A DNA stretch of 64,000 nt from Candidatus Dojkabacteria bacterium (GTDB lineage Bacteria > Patescibacteriota > Dojkabacteria > B142 > JAFGMG01): contig JAFGMG010000005.1 in NCBI GenBank assembly GCA_016927655.1, positions 11,991 through 75,990 on the forward strand. Direction: 5' to 3'. The notes below the pieces were generated by a model. It ran no database searches and was not told the DNA's origin. It worked only from the letters and a program-made list of their open reading frames with translations. The translations under genes and the position numbers were made by a program. The number at the start of each line of letters is the position of its first letter. Positions within the stretch are counted from its first letter, which is position 1. This document shows positions 30,706-39,967 of the stretch, one piece after another.

Positions 30706-30772
30706 ATAGGATCAATGGGTTATGAATTAATTATTCATTTTAGCGGAAATATGGATTTATAGCGAGTGGAGA

Positions 30773-32740
30773 CTAGCTTCCTTTGGCTGCTTTCTTTGTC
30801 GCTTTGATTAATTCGAGATCAAAAAGATTTGCAAAACGTAGATTTGGAATTCCTGCCTGTCTCGTTCCGTAAACCTCGCCAGGACCGCGTCTGTGGAGAT
30901 CGTATTCCGCAATTTTGAAGCCATCGGATTCTTCTGAGAAGTACTTCAGTCTGGCTGCCTGCTCGTCTGTTGGTATATCGCTTGTAAAGAGAAAGCACCA
31001 GCCCTGCTCTTCTGCTCTTCCGACTCTTCCTCTCAACTGGTGAAGCTGCGCAAGTCCGAATCTCTCGGCACCTTCGATGACAATAATATTTGCTCGGGGG
31101 ATGTCAATGCCGACTTCTATAACCGATGTGGAGAGCAGAATCTGCTGTTTGCTGGCTTCAAAATTGCGGAATTTTTCGAGAATTTTGTCTTTCTCTTCAG
31201 AACTGAGTTTGCCATGAAGAGTTGAAATATTAAAATCTTTGAACTTTGCAGTAAATTCTTTTTCAAGCTCTCTAATCGAGGCAGCCTGGATCGCTTCATT
31301 TTCTTCAATTAATGGTGCGATCCAGAAGACTTGAGTGCGATTCTCTCTGATTTGCTGCTTTATCCATTTATAGGCGTTTTCTCTTTTTTCCGGCGGTACA
31401 AGATGGGTTTTAGTTGTTTTCCTTTTTTGCGGTTTTGATTTGATGCTGCTTACTTGCATGTCACTGAAAAGCGTGAGAGCCAGGGTTCGAGGTATCGGGG
31501 TTGCTGTCATACTTAGGGTGTGCGGAGAGGTACTTCTTTTTTGGTCAATAAATTCCTGGATCTCTCCTCTCTGCTTCACTCCAAATCTATGTTGCTCATC
31601 AATTATGAGAAACGCCAGTTTGTTGCTGATGATTTTGTCTTTTTGGCTGAGTATAGCGTGGGTTCCGATCAGAATGTCCGCATCGTTTTTATCGTATTTG
31701 GAATTTGCGGTTATGAGTTTGATTTTCAATTTGTATTTGTTCAGCAGAGTCGAAAATGTCTCAAAGTGCTGTCTGGCAAGCACTGTTGTCGGGGCAAGTA
31801 CTATGCTTTGAGATCCGTTTAGTGCGGTATTAAGTGCCGCGATCATTGCAACTATTGTTTTGCCGCTCCCTACATCTCCGGAAAGCAGTCTTCTTGCAGG
31901 ACTTCCCTTTTTGAGATCTTTAAGGATTTCTTCGCAGGCGGTCTCCTGATCTTTCGTCAATTTGTATGGCAGTGAATTAACGAACTCCTCGATTTCTCTG
32001 GTATTTGCAAGCAGTTGTTTTGCCTTGAGATTCTTGCGCTTTTTTTCTCTTTTAAGAATCTGTTTTTGAATTTTTAACAGCTCATCGAAACCCAGTCTGT
32101 ACTTGGCGTCTTTTAGTAATTTTTGACTGTCTGGAAAATGAATCTGCTTGATCGTGTCTTTAAGCTGCATTAGACTGTATTTCTGCAGAAAATCTTGTTT
32201 GTAGGATTCTTTAAGATCATTGATGTAGTCCATCTTATCAATCAGCCACTTCATCCTTGATCGAAGCCATTTATTTGATATCCCCTGGGTCAAAGGATAA
32301 ATCGGAGAAATAATTCCTACATGGGTCTGCTCTTCTTTGATCTCCTCGAATTCCGGGGAAAGTACCTGTGGTTTGAGTTTCTTGGGGTTTAGCTTTCCAA
32401 TAAATATATAATCTGAGCCTTCTTTTATTGTTTTTTCTAGATACGGCTGGTTGAACCAGACAACTTCCATTTGTTCACTTTCATCTTCTACAACTGCTGT
32501 TTGAATGCTGAAGCCGCGTTTGCGTGTCTTGATTGATTTAAAGGTGTTGATTCGCGCTCTAAAGGCCTTCTTTTCATTCCTTCTTAAATCCTCGATCTTT
32601 ACGAGCTTTGATGAGTCAAAATGTGTTCTGGGGTAGTATGTTAGAAAATCATATAAATCCTCTACGCCCAGGCCCGCGAGAATTTTTGCGTATTTTGGGC
32701 CGATTAAAGGTATTGTTGAGACAGAGTCTGTTAGTTTCAA
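30773..32740 (-). CDS. recG: ATP-dependent DNA helicase RecG (TTG start)
   Basis: SGDVGSGKT Walker A, DEQHRFGV, wedge domain N-terminus; 655 aa. Confidence 0.9.
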   Translation of the reverse strand: MKLTDSVSTIPLIGPKYAKILAGLGVEDLYDFLTYYPRTHFDSSKLVKIEDLRRNEKKAFRARINTFKSIKTRKRGFSIQTAVVEDESEQMEVVWFNQPYLEKTIKEGSDYIFIGKLNPKKLKPQVLSPEFEEIKEEQTHVGIISPIYPLTQGISNKWLRSRMKWLIDKMDYINDLKESYKQDFLQKYSLMQLKDTIKQIHFPDSQKLLKDAKYRLGFDELLKIQKQILKREKKRKNLKAKQLLANTREIEEFVNSLPYKLTKDQETACEEILKDLKKGSPARRLLSGDVGSGKTIVAMIAALNTALNGSQSIVLAPTTVLARQHFETFSTLLNKYKLKIKLITANSKYDKNDADILIGTHAILSQKDKIISNKLAFLIIDEQHRFGVKQRGEIQEFIDQKRSTSPHTLSMTATPIPRTLALTLFSDMQVSSIKSKPQKRKTTKTHLVPPEKRENAYKWIKQQIRENRTQVFWIAPLIEENEAIQAASIRELEKEFTAKFKDFNISTLHGKLSSEEKDKILEKFRNFEASKQQILLSTSVIEVGIDIPRANIIVIEGAERFGLAQLHQLRGRVGRAEEQGWCFLFTSDIPTDEQAARLKYFSEESDGFKIAEYDLHRRGPGEVYGTRQAGIPNLRFANLFDLELIKATKKAAKGS

Positions 32741-32949
32741 CTAAGTAGTGGGATCAAACTTAATATCGGTACGATAATTATACCGAAAAGGACTGCAATC
32801 GTGATAATCCACCAAATAAGCCTCTGTGTTTTCTTGGTTAGTTTCATGGAAGAAGTATACACTATTTGGATTCTAAACTCTAATAATTGGATCAGTAATA
32901 TAGAATTCTATTCGCGATACCCGTTTTTTATAGATCCCTCTGCCCGACT

Positions 32950-33215
32950 TATTTTGTTATTTTAGTGGAGAGACTTGGTATGCGCAAAAGAGGGTGAGTC
33001 CGGCTGGGCCACCTCTCTTCTCTGGGTGGAATCTTCTTTCGGGGTTGCGGGCTCAAAAAATAGTTGAACAAAAAGCATTTTCCTATTACTATAATAGTAG
33101 CTCTTTTAACTATTGTTATTGCACTTTTTGAAGGTTCGACCTTCCTGCACTGTCCCGGGGGTTAAATTTTCTAGACCGCACAATCTGGAAAAGTTAGCCC
33201 CCTTCTTTTTCCTTA
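32950..33215 (+). ncRNA. candidate structured non-coding RNA of unknown family (GC-rich relative to surroundings)
   Basis: 650-nt ORF-free gap between recG and dsbA-like gene; GC-rich helices (GAGUCCGGCUGGGCC, GAAGGUUCGACCUUC hairpin) ending in terminator above. Confidence 0.25.
33156..33211 (+). terminator. intrinsic terminator on + strand with no upstream + strand CDS (end of candidate ncRNA)
   Basis: GGGGGUUAAauuuucuagaccgcacaaucuggaaaagUUAGCCCCC stem followed by UUCUUUUUCC. Confidence 0.45.
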
Positions 33216-33396
33216 CTCTTCATATTAAGAATTTCCCATAGTGATTGCAGGTGTTATTGTGATGAGGGTAAATTGCGGAAAAATGAATCGCGCTCTAAGG
33301 CCCCTAGAAAGCATTTGCGATTTCAAGCTGGGAAGATTCTATGACAAAAATACAAATAATAGAGATATTACTGAAGTTACTTGTATATATTTCAAA

Positions 33397-34062
33397 TTAC
33401 TCAGCAAGAAGTCTTTCTATTTCATTCGAAAGGTTCTCGTAAGAAGGATTCTCAATCTGGACTCCATTCACTAAAATACTAGGTGTACCAGGAAGTTTCA
33501 AAGCTTTTGCGTCGTCAAGATCTTTCTGCACCTTTGATTTATATACTCCTTCTTTTAGTTCCGCTGCAAATTTTGAGAGATCCTCAACTCCAATCTCCTC
33601 TGCGTAACCGATAAAAGCTTCAATAGCCTTCTCTTCTGAGAGTACCCCCCATATTGATTGATTTGCAAAAAGTATGTCATGGTATTCCCAGAATTTATTC
33701 TGTGCTGCTGCGGCTTCGCTCGCTTCTGCTGCCTTGAAAGCTAGTGGATGAATACTTTCTAATGGAAACTGTCTGTACACAATCCTTACTCGGTCTTCAT
33801 AGTCTTGTTTGAATCTATTGAACTCTTCGGCGTAGTATCCGCATGCCGGACATTCAAAATCCGAAAATTCTACTACAGTTATTTTTGAGGTAAAATCTCC
33901 AGCCACATGGCTGTCATCTCGAACTAGCAGTTCTGCCCTTTCAGATTCGGGAATTGGTTTGGTGTCAGTTGTGGATAGAGCCACAACACCAATAGCTCCG
34001 ATAATCAGAGTAGCAACAATTGTAATAATAAGCGCCATGTTGTCTTTGATAGATTCCATCAA
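33397..34062 (-). CDS. DsbA/BdbD-like thiol:disulfide oxidoreductase, membrane-anchored
   Basis: N-terminal TM, thioredoxin fold with CPAC active site (FSDFECPACGYY). Confidence 0.7.
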   Translation of the reverse strand: MMESIKDNMALIITIVATLIIGAIGVVALSTTDTKPIPESERAELLVRDDSHVAGDFTSKITVVEFSDFECPACGYYAEEFNRFKQDYEDRVRIVYRQFPLESIHPLAFKAAEASEAAAAQNKFWEYHDILFANQSIWGVLSEEKAIEAFIGYAEEIGVEDLSKFAAELKEGVYKSKVQKDLDDAKALKLPGTPSILVNGVQIENPSYENLSNEIERLLAE

Positions 34063-34134
34063 ATATATCTAAGAGTTAACTGATAAGGGTAATTATACCA
34101 GAAAAATGGCTTATAGGCTTAAACAAATGGCTCT

Positions 34135-34506
34135 TTACCAGTGCTGTGTAAATAATTCTGTAACAGCTTCGGGCGTTTTTGGTATGTCTTTTCCCATCGC
34201 TTGTGATGCCATTCCCCCACCGCGGCAATTATTCTTGTAGATGCATTGAGGACAGGCTTTGGTAATTATTCCGATCTCAGAGATAAGGGGTTCCTCCTCG
34301 GATGCAACTAGAAGAGCTATTTGATGGAATCTTGTTCTTTGTCCATTAATTGGACAACTCTTATTTACTTCAATTGGAGTATTAGTATCTCCAATATCTC
34401 TAAACATTAGTATGACTGAGTTTTCTTCCTTACGATGCAGAATATCCGAAGAAGCGGAATACGCATTAATAATATGGCCTGCTTCAAAAAAAATTTCTGG
34501 GGTCAT
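34135..34506 (-). CDS. hypothetical Cys-containing protein
   Basis: 123 aa, C-terminal CPQCIYKNNC cluster; no family recognised. Confidence 0.3.
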   Translation of the reverse strand: MTPEIFFEAGHIINAYSASSDILHRKEENSVILMFRDIGDTNTPIEVNKSCPINGQRTRFHQIALLVASEEEPLISEIGIITKACPQCIYKNNCRGGGMASQAMGKDIPKTPEAVTELFTQHW

Positions 34507-34515
34507 TTATTTTAT

Positions 34516-35430
34516 TTAACTGAAATATGGTATTCCCCACCAATCTGCTGGATTTACGAAACGATGATTTTGGTTGAGGGCGTTGATTTGCTCTAAGTCT
34601 TTCTGATCTAATTTGAAATCGAAAACTTCTGAATTTTCTTTGATTCTCTTTGGGGTTGTGCTTTTTGGAATTGCAATCACTTCTCTTTCAATTGACCATC
34701 TCAGTAAAATCTGTGCGGATGTTTTTTTGTACTTTTTTGCGATTTTTTGAATAGGTGGGGCATTTAATGGGCTCATATTCCCAGCCAAAGAAGGGTTCCC
34801 AAGTGGCGAATATGCTGTTAATTCAATATCTTTGTATTTACAGAATTTGATTAATTCTAACTGTGAATTATATGGGTGCAATTCTATCTGATTTATCACG
34901 GGTTTGATTTTGGCGTAGTTTAAAAGGTCAATAATCATCGCGGCGGTGAAATTCGCTACTCCGATTGATTTAACAAAGTCTTTATTTACAAGTGTTTGCA
35001 TTGACTCCCAGGTTTTTCTGGTTGGGATATTTTCTGTTTTGATTACTCCGTTTTTATCAAGAGGTTCATTCCCTCTATCTGGTTCAAATGCTATGCCCCA
35101 GTGCATTAGATACAAATCTAGATACTCAAGCTGCAAATCTTCTAATGTCTTTCTGCACGCTGCCTCTACTCTTTCAGGATTATGCTTTGTATTCCAGAGT
35201 TTGCTCGTGATGAATATCTCTTCTCTTTTTATTCCTTGCTTCCAGACTTTCTGCAAAGCTTCGCCAATCTCTTTTTCGTTGCCATAAATTGCCGCGCAGT
35301 CAATGTGTCTATATCCAGCTTCAAGAATTGCATATTCTATTGCCGCTCCAACTTTCCCAGGATCTGATTTCCATGTACCGAGCCCAAGGATTGGCATTTT
35401 TGTGTTGTTATTAAGATTGATAGCCTGCAT
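34516..35430 (-). CDS. aldo/keto reductase family oxidoreductase
   Basis: MPILGLGTWKS, catalytic tetrad context (D..Y..K..H), IPKS motif. Confidence 0.85.
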   Translation of the reverse strand: MQAINLNNNTKMPILGLGTWKSDPGKVGAAIEYAILEAGYRHIDCAAIYGNEKEIGEALQKVWKQGIKREEIFITSKLWNTKHNPERVEAACRKTLEDLQLEYLDLYLMHWGIAFEPDRGNEPLDKNGVIKTENIPTRKTWESMQTLVNKDFVKSIGVANFTAAMIIDLLNYAKIKPVINQIELHPYNSQLELIKFCKYKDIELTAYSPLGNPSLAGNMSPLNAPPIQKIAKKYKKTSAQILLRWSIEREVIAIPKSTTPKRIKENSEVFDFKLDQKDLEQINALNQNHRFVNPADWWGIPYFS

Positions 35431-35462
35431 TTAGATGTATTAGTATTTTATTTCCAGTAGGA

Positions 35463-35861
35463 CTATATTCCGAGTTGTTTTGCCAAAAAGTACGTGATCA
35501 ATGCTACGCTTGTAGATAGTACTGTCCCCCATATTAAATCAACGATAGTTACAAGCAAAGGCCAGTCTTTTATTGTCGCAAGGTTTGTAAGGTCATAAGT
35601 CGCATATGTGGCAAATCCAAATAAGGCTGCTAATACTAGCGCTTTCGTCCATGAATCGGCTTTAATCGATGGCTCAAGAACTAAAACGACTATTCCTAAG
35701 ATGAAAACTAAATAGAAGATAATCGCTGCAATCCAATTAACATTTGTTTTCATCAGAAATCCAATCTGATCTTTGTAAAAATTTCTAGAGATAAGACCCA
35801 GCCAGATCATATCAATTGTGAAAAATACGGGAAGAGCCAGAAGGTATAGTTTTGCAATCAT
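35463..35861 (-). CDS. hypothetical membrane protein (DUF2177-like, 4 TM)
   Basis: hydrophobicity only. Confidence 0.35.
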   Translation of the reverse strand: MIAKLYLLALPVFFTIDMIWLGLISRNFYKDQIGFLMKTNVNWIAAIIFYLVFILGIVVLVLEPSIKADSWTKALVLAALFGFATYATYDLTNLATIKDWPLLVTIVDLIWGTVLSTSVALITYFLAKQLGI

Positions 35862-35930
35862 TTTTTTACTTGTAATGGATTAAACTACTATGCATAATAT
35901 AAGTATATAATTTTTTAGTAAATAAATGAA

Positions 35931-36158
35931 ATGGAAGAAAAAAAGACGCAAAAATGTGAATGCTGTGAAACCTGCCACAAAATGGGGAAATGGCAAAGCG
36001 GCCCGCAAAATGCTGTTTATGGACTGGGATTTGTGGGGGCTTTAATCTATTTTATCTCGACGGCATCAAATATAGGAGCAGGACTTGTTGGGATATTCAA
36101 GGCAATTGTCTGGCCTGCATATTTTGTGTATTACATTTTTGAAAATCTGGGACTATAA
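35931..36158 (+). CDS. small Cys-rich membrane protein
   Basis: N-terminal CECCETCH cluster then two TM helices; 75 aa. Confidence 0.35.
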   Translation: MEEKKTQKCECCETCHKMGKWQSGPQNAVYGLGFVGALIYFISTASNIGAGLVGIFKAIVWPAYFVYYIFENLGL

Positions 36159-36193
36159 GTATCAGTTAGGGCGTAGATGCCGGCCAATAAGTC

Positions 36194-36283
36194 TGGCGGA
36201 AAGGGTGGGATTCGAACCCACGAGATCCTTGCGGATCTGCCGGTTTTCAAGACCGGTACATTCGACCACTCTGTCACCTTTCC
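36194..36283 (-). tRNA. tRNA-Ser (anticodon UGA), CCA encoded
   Basis: GGAAAGG acceptor, anticodon loop CUUGAAA, long variable arm CAGAUCCGCAAGGAUCUC, T-arm GUGGGUUCGAAUCCCAC, CCTTTCC-G-CCA 3-prime end. Confidence 0.85.
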
Positions 36284-36358
36284 AAATCTCAATTTACGTT
36301 GTAATTTTAACATAAATGGGTATAATTTATAGGTTTAAGAGTAGATTAAGAGAATTAA

Positions 36359-36655
36359 ATGCCAAAAATTTGCAATAAACTTAGTGTTAGGAAGAAGCTA
36401 ATTGTTTTAGTTGCAAGTCTCCCAATTATCTCCTTTATCGGCGCGATTATTGGCTTGTTCATCGGTCTTGTTTCAACCACTTTTATCCCGATGTGCTGCG
36501 ATGAGGGTGGCTGCCACAACTGTCTTGAGGTTGGCGGGATGGTTGGCTATGAGGCGGCTGGGGTGATAGGTTTCGTGGTGGGGGTGGTGCTTTTACCGAT
36601 TATATTTGTAGTCTTACTGTTATTAATTGACAGAAGGGCTAAGAAGGCCCTATAA
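36359..36655 (+). CDS. small Cys-rich membrane protein
   Basis: TM helix - CCDEGGCHNC - TM helix; 98 aa. Confidence 0.35.
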   Translation: MPKICNKLSVRKKLIVLVASLPIISFIGAIIGLFIGLVSTTFIPMCCDEGGCHNCLEVGGMVGYEAAGVIGFVVGVVLLPIIFVVLLLLIDRRAKKAL

Positions 36656-36684
36656 TATCCCGATTAGTCATTAAATATCCGCAA

Positions 36685-36948
36685 ATGTCCACAATAAGAC
36701 TTACATTAAATGATAAAACAGAACAAGTTGTAAGTGTTTTGGAAAAAAGATATGAACCTATGTCAAGAGCAGAAATTCTAAAGCTTGGATTGTCCACGCT
36801 TTACAATCGACCTGAAGAGGGTAGATATATTGAAGTACTAGATGACGAGACATCTCAGAATGTGGAAGATGCAATACAGGAGCTAGAGTCGGGCAAGGGA
36901 AAAAGTTTCAGTTCAGTAACAGATCTGGTAAAGGATTTAGAAGAATAG
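36685..36948 (+). CDS. putative type II antitoxin
   Basis: 87-aa acidic protein immediately upstream (1-nt gap) of RelE/YafQ-type toxin. Confidence 0.45.
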   Translation: MSTIRLTLNDKTEQVVSVLEKRYEPMSRAEILKLGLSTLYNRPEEGRYIEVLDDETSQNVEDAIQELESGKGKSFSSVTDLVKDLEE

Positions 36949-36949
36949 A

Positions 36950-37243
36950 ATGTATAAACTTCGTAGATCAAGTTACTTTAAACGCAAATATCGAAAGATA
37001 ACCAAGGGAAATCAGAGCTTTAAAGTACGAATAGTGAAAGTGCTGGGTATGTTGAGTACAGATCCTTTCCATCCTTCACTCAGAACCCATAAAATCATCA
37101 CCTCTCGCAATAGAAAAGAAGCATGGAGTTCCAGAGTTTCTGGTGATTATAGGATTATTTGGAGATTCGAAGGGAAGACAGTTGAAGTTATTCAACTATT
37201 GGATATTGGAGGTCATTCGGGAGGTAGGAGTGTTTATAAATAA
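36950..37243 (+). CDS. RelE/YafQ-family type II toxin (mRNA interferase)
   Basis: DPFHPSLRTHKI ... WSSRVSGDYRIIWRF ... IQLLDIGGH matches YafQ/RelE motif HPSLKTHKL..W..R...DYRIIY...LL.IG.H. Confidence 0.65.
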   Translation: MYKLRRSSYFKRKYRKITKGNQSFKVRIVKVLGMLSTDPFHPSLRTHKIITSRNRKEAWSSRVSGDYRIIWRFEGKTVEVIQLLDIGGHSGGRSVYK

Positions 37244-37317
37244 CAAAAGGCAGATCAATTGTGCTATTATTTCCAAAATACGTTAGACTAGTAATTCGAT
37301 ATAATTAAGTACAAAAA

Positions 37318-38616
37318 ATGCAACCTATCCTCTCCTCTCAGTTTCAAGCAAATCAGCCGTCTGCCATTCGAACCGCGCAGGAATTATTTATGAAGCGAAA
37401 TGATAATGTCGATGCGATCAACGCTGCTATCGGTAATGTCTCTCTCCCAATGCATCCTGCAATGCAGAAAAGAATGTTCAATTTGAAAGCTGAAAACAGT
37501 CCATTTAGAGATGGTGTGGTCAAATACACACAGACTAAAGGAACGGATGAGGCAAATGCGGCCATGATAAATATTTTGAAAGCTTCTGGATTAAAGGTGG
37601 AAGGTTTGCATACTCAGATAACAGATGGTGGAAGTGCTGCTATGGAACTTGTAATTCTTGGTGTCGCGGACAGAGATGAGGCAATTTTGATGATTGATCC
37701 TGCTTATACAAATTATATGTCTTTTGCCAGAAGAACTGGACGTAAAATTGTTACCTTAGCAAGGGAATACAAAGATAAGACTATCGGAGAATTTGAACTG
37801 CCTAATATTGAAAAAATTGAGGATCTGATCAAAACTCACAAACCAAAAGCCTTGGTAATTATTCCGTATGACAACCCGACAGGACAATTCATGAGCAAAG
37901 AAGTTATGGTTTCATTGGCCGAACTGGCTGTGAAATATAATATGTGGATTATCAGCGATGAGGCTTATAGGGAAATGTATTATGAAGCAGAAGCAGCGAT
38001 TAGTATCTGGTGTCTGTCTAATAATGATGCAGACGGAATTGAGGGGCGGCGAATAAGCATCGAATCAGCCTCAAAAGTCTGGAATGCATGCGGTCTGCGC
38101 ATCGGAGCAGTTGTTTCGGACAATGCAGATTTTATTGAAAAATCAATTGCAGAGAATACAGCAAATCTATGTCCAAGTGCAATTGGGCAGTATATTTTTG
38201 CAGGCTTAGCTGGTGAATCGAAAGAAGAGTTGAATAAATGGTTTGATAAGCAGAGGCAGTATTACAAATCAATGATGTTTGATCTGACAAAAGAGCTGCG
38301 AGATCTAATGCCGGGGATAATTATTACTGATCCTGAGGCGGCGATTTATTCTGTTGTCGATTTCAGGGAACTTGTGGAAGACGATTTTAAAGCAGTTGAA
38401 TTTGCAAAATGGGCTGCTGCTGAAGGTTTTGTTGAAGTTGACTCTAAAAAATATACTCTGCTCTTTTCTCCAATGACAGGGTTTTACAAGTCGGATAAAC
38501 CAGAAAATAATCCCGGTAGAAAGCAGATTCGCTTGTCATACGTAGAAACTCCAAAGCGGATTTCTCTTGTGCCGAAATTGCTCAAGGAACTTTTTGCTAG
38601 CTATAGCAGGTTATAA
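37318..38616 (+). CDS. PLP-dependent aminotransferase, class I/II fold
   Basis: 432 aa, SASKVWNACGLRIG (Lys-PLP region), aminotransferase-like overall pattern. Confidence 0.65.
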   Translation: MQPILSSQFQANQPSAIRTAQELFMKRNDNVDAINAAIGNVSLPMHPAMQKRMFNLKAENSPFRDGVVKYTQTKGTDEANAAMINILKASGLKVEGLHTQITDGGSAAMELVILGVADRDEAILMIDPAYTNYMSFARRTGRKIVTLAREYKDKTIGEFELPNIEKIEDLIKTHKPKALVIIPYDNPTGQFMSKEVMVSLAELAVKYNMWIISDEAYREMYYEAEAAISIWCLSNNDADGIEGRRISIESASKVWNACGLRIGAVVSDNADFIEKSIAENTANLCPSAIGQYIFAGLAGESKEELNKWFDKQRQYYKSMMFDLTKELRDLMPGIIITDPEAAIYSVVDFRELVEDDFKAVEFAKWAAAEGFVEVDSKKYTLLFSPMTGFYKSDKPENNPGRKQIRLSYVETPKRISLVPKLLKELFASYSRL

Positions 38617-39402
38617 GTCTTCACAGGTCCAATTAAGAATTGATTCAATGATATTTTGCTTTTCTTCTTTGTCTGGGTCAAGTAGAAAGTGATGTCCATT
38701 GTAATTTTTTTCAAAAAACTTCTTATCCTTGGAGCCTAACGATCGAAAGAAGTTTTTTGATGCTTCAAATGAAGTCCGTGTATCAAGTTTTGAATGAAAC
38801 AGTCTAATCGGAATCGTGATTTTGCCGGCTTTATTTAGGACGTATTTTTGAGTTTTTTCAAACTGGACGAGCCATCTTGCACTGCCGACATTTACAAAAA
38901 GAGGATCGCTATTATTGAAGAGACCGGATTTTTTTGTAAACGTGGGCCATAATGCTGAGACTGGTCTTTTAGCTGCTTTCACCCATAGCGGAACAGGCAT
39001 GATAATTTTCAGAGCTGGCGCGGAAAGAATAATTTTTCTGACTGCGTCGGGGTTCTGTAATACATAATACAAAGCAATTAGTCCACCCATACTATGACCG
39101 AAAATAATTTCTGGCTTATTCCCCTCCTCTACAGCAATCTGGGTCAGTTCATATAAATCGTCTGCATAGTCTTGAAATTTATTGACATGGCCTCTTCTCC
39201 CTTCCGATTTTCCAAGTCCTCTGTGATGTATTGCATAGTATCCAATACCCTTCTTCTTTAATTCTGTAAATAAATCTTGATAGTGTCCAGGATATTCGCC
39301 TGCGCCATGTACAATAAGTAAAGTTCTATTACCTTGAGCGGGTGCCTCACTCTCATAGCAGATCCGAGTATTATCTTTAGCCTTGAAATAGAATTCAGAC
39401 AT
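38611..39402 (-). CDS. alpha/beta hydrolase (lysophospholipase/monoacylglycerol lipase-like)
   Basis: HGAGEY...GHSMGG nucleophile elbow, catalytic D/H downstream. Confidence 0.75.
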   Translation of the reverse strand: MSEFYFKAKDNTRICYESEAPAQGNRTLLIVHGAGEYPGHYQDLFTELKKKGIGYYAIHHRGLGKSEGRRGHVNKFQDYADDLYELTQIAVEEGNKPEIIFGHSMGGLIALYYVLQNPDAVRKIILSAPALKIIMPVPLWVKAAKRPVSALWPTFTKKSGLFNNSDPLFVNVGSARWLVQFEKTQKYVLNKAGKITIPIRLFHSKLDTRTSFEASKNFFRSLGSKDKKFFEKNYNGHHFLLDPDKEEKQNIIESILNWTCEDL

Positions 39403-39967
39403 TATATTTAATAGTAATTTTTTTAATTATATTCCATTCTAAGACGTATAGAAAGAAAGTCAGAAGTATGCTATCTGGGATAGATACTCAGGTATGCACA
39501 AAGTAGGCTCCAATAGTATAGTGATTTACGAGTAAAAGTTAGAATAATCATACAAAGGCATATATAACGTAACATGTGAAAGTAAAATTAAAATTAGTTT
39601 TAGCTCTAGTTAAGTCTGCAAGGCTAAATAAATGTACAAATTTATTAGGTGGCGCAGGAAGTACGAAACGGATGCAGCGATAAAGTCCTGAAGTGATTAT
39701 TACAAAAAACAACTTCGCAGCATACAAAGATATACCACAGATAAGAGTGGAATGGATACGATAGAAGAGGCGGCTGAGTATAGGGGGAAAATACAAATGG
39801 GTATTGCGGGAAGAGTCTATGGGGATAGGTATATAATTAATCTAGGATATAGCATAACTTTTATTCTGCTCAGTAGATATTAGGCTGGTTTAAGTATTTA
39901 GCGTCGTGTAATGGCAAATTATTGCAAAATGATTTAAAATGACACCTAGTTAAATTAGATCAACATT

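Noticed and set aside
32941-33215. tmRNA (ssrA) hypothesis for the ncRNA candidate: the sequence AAAAAAUAGUUGAACAAAAAGCA resembles the E. coli tmRNA pre-tag region AAAAAAUAGUCGCAAACGACGAA; the minus strand begins GGGGGCU
   Set aside because: No plausible tag-peptide reading frame ending in a hydrophobic xAA plus stop. No T-arm or acceptor (GGUUCGAnUCC ... CCA) at the right distance. The GGGGG/CCCCC pairing is a local 46-nt hairpin (a terminator), not a long-range acceptor stem.
33241-33474. 77-aa + strand ORF downstream of the terminator
   Set aside because: Overlaps the 3-prime end of the dsbA-like gene on the other strand and follows a strong terminator; no SD; likely spurious.
36085-36315. 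76-aa (+) and 60-aa (-) ORFs overlapping tRNA-Ser; 91-aa ORF 55891-56166 overlapping tRNA-Val
   Set aside because: They coincide with clear tRNA genes; spurious.
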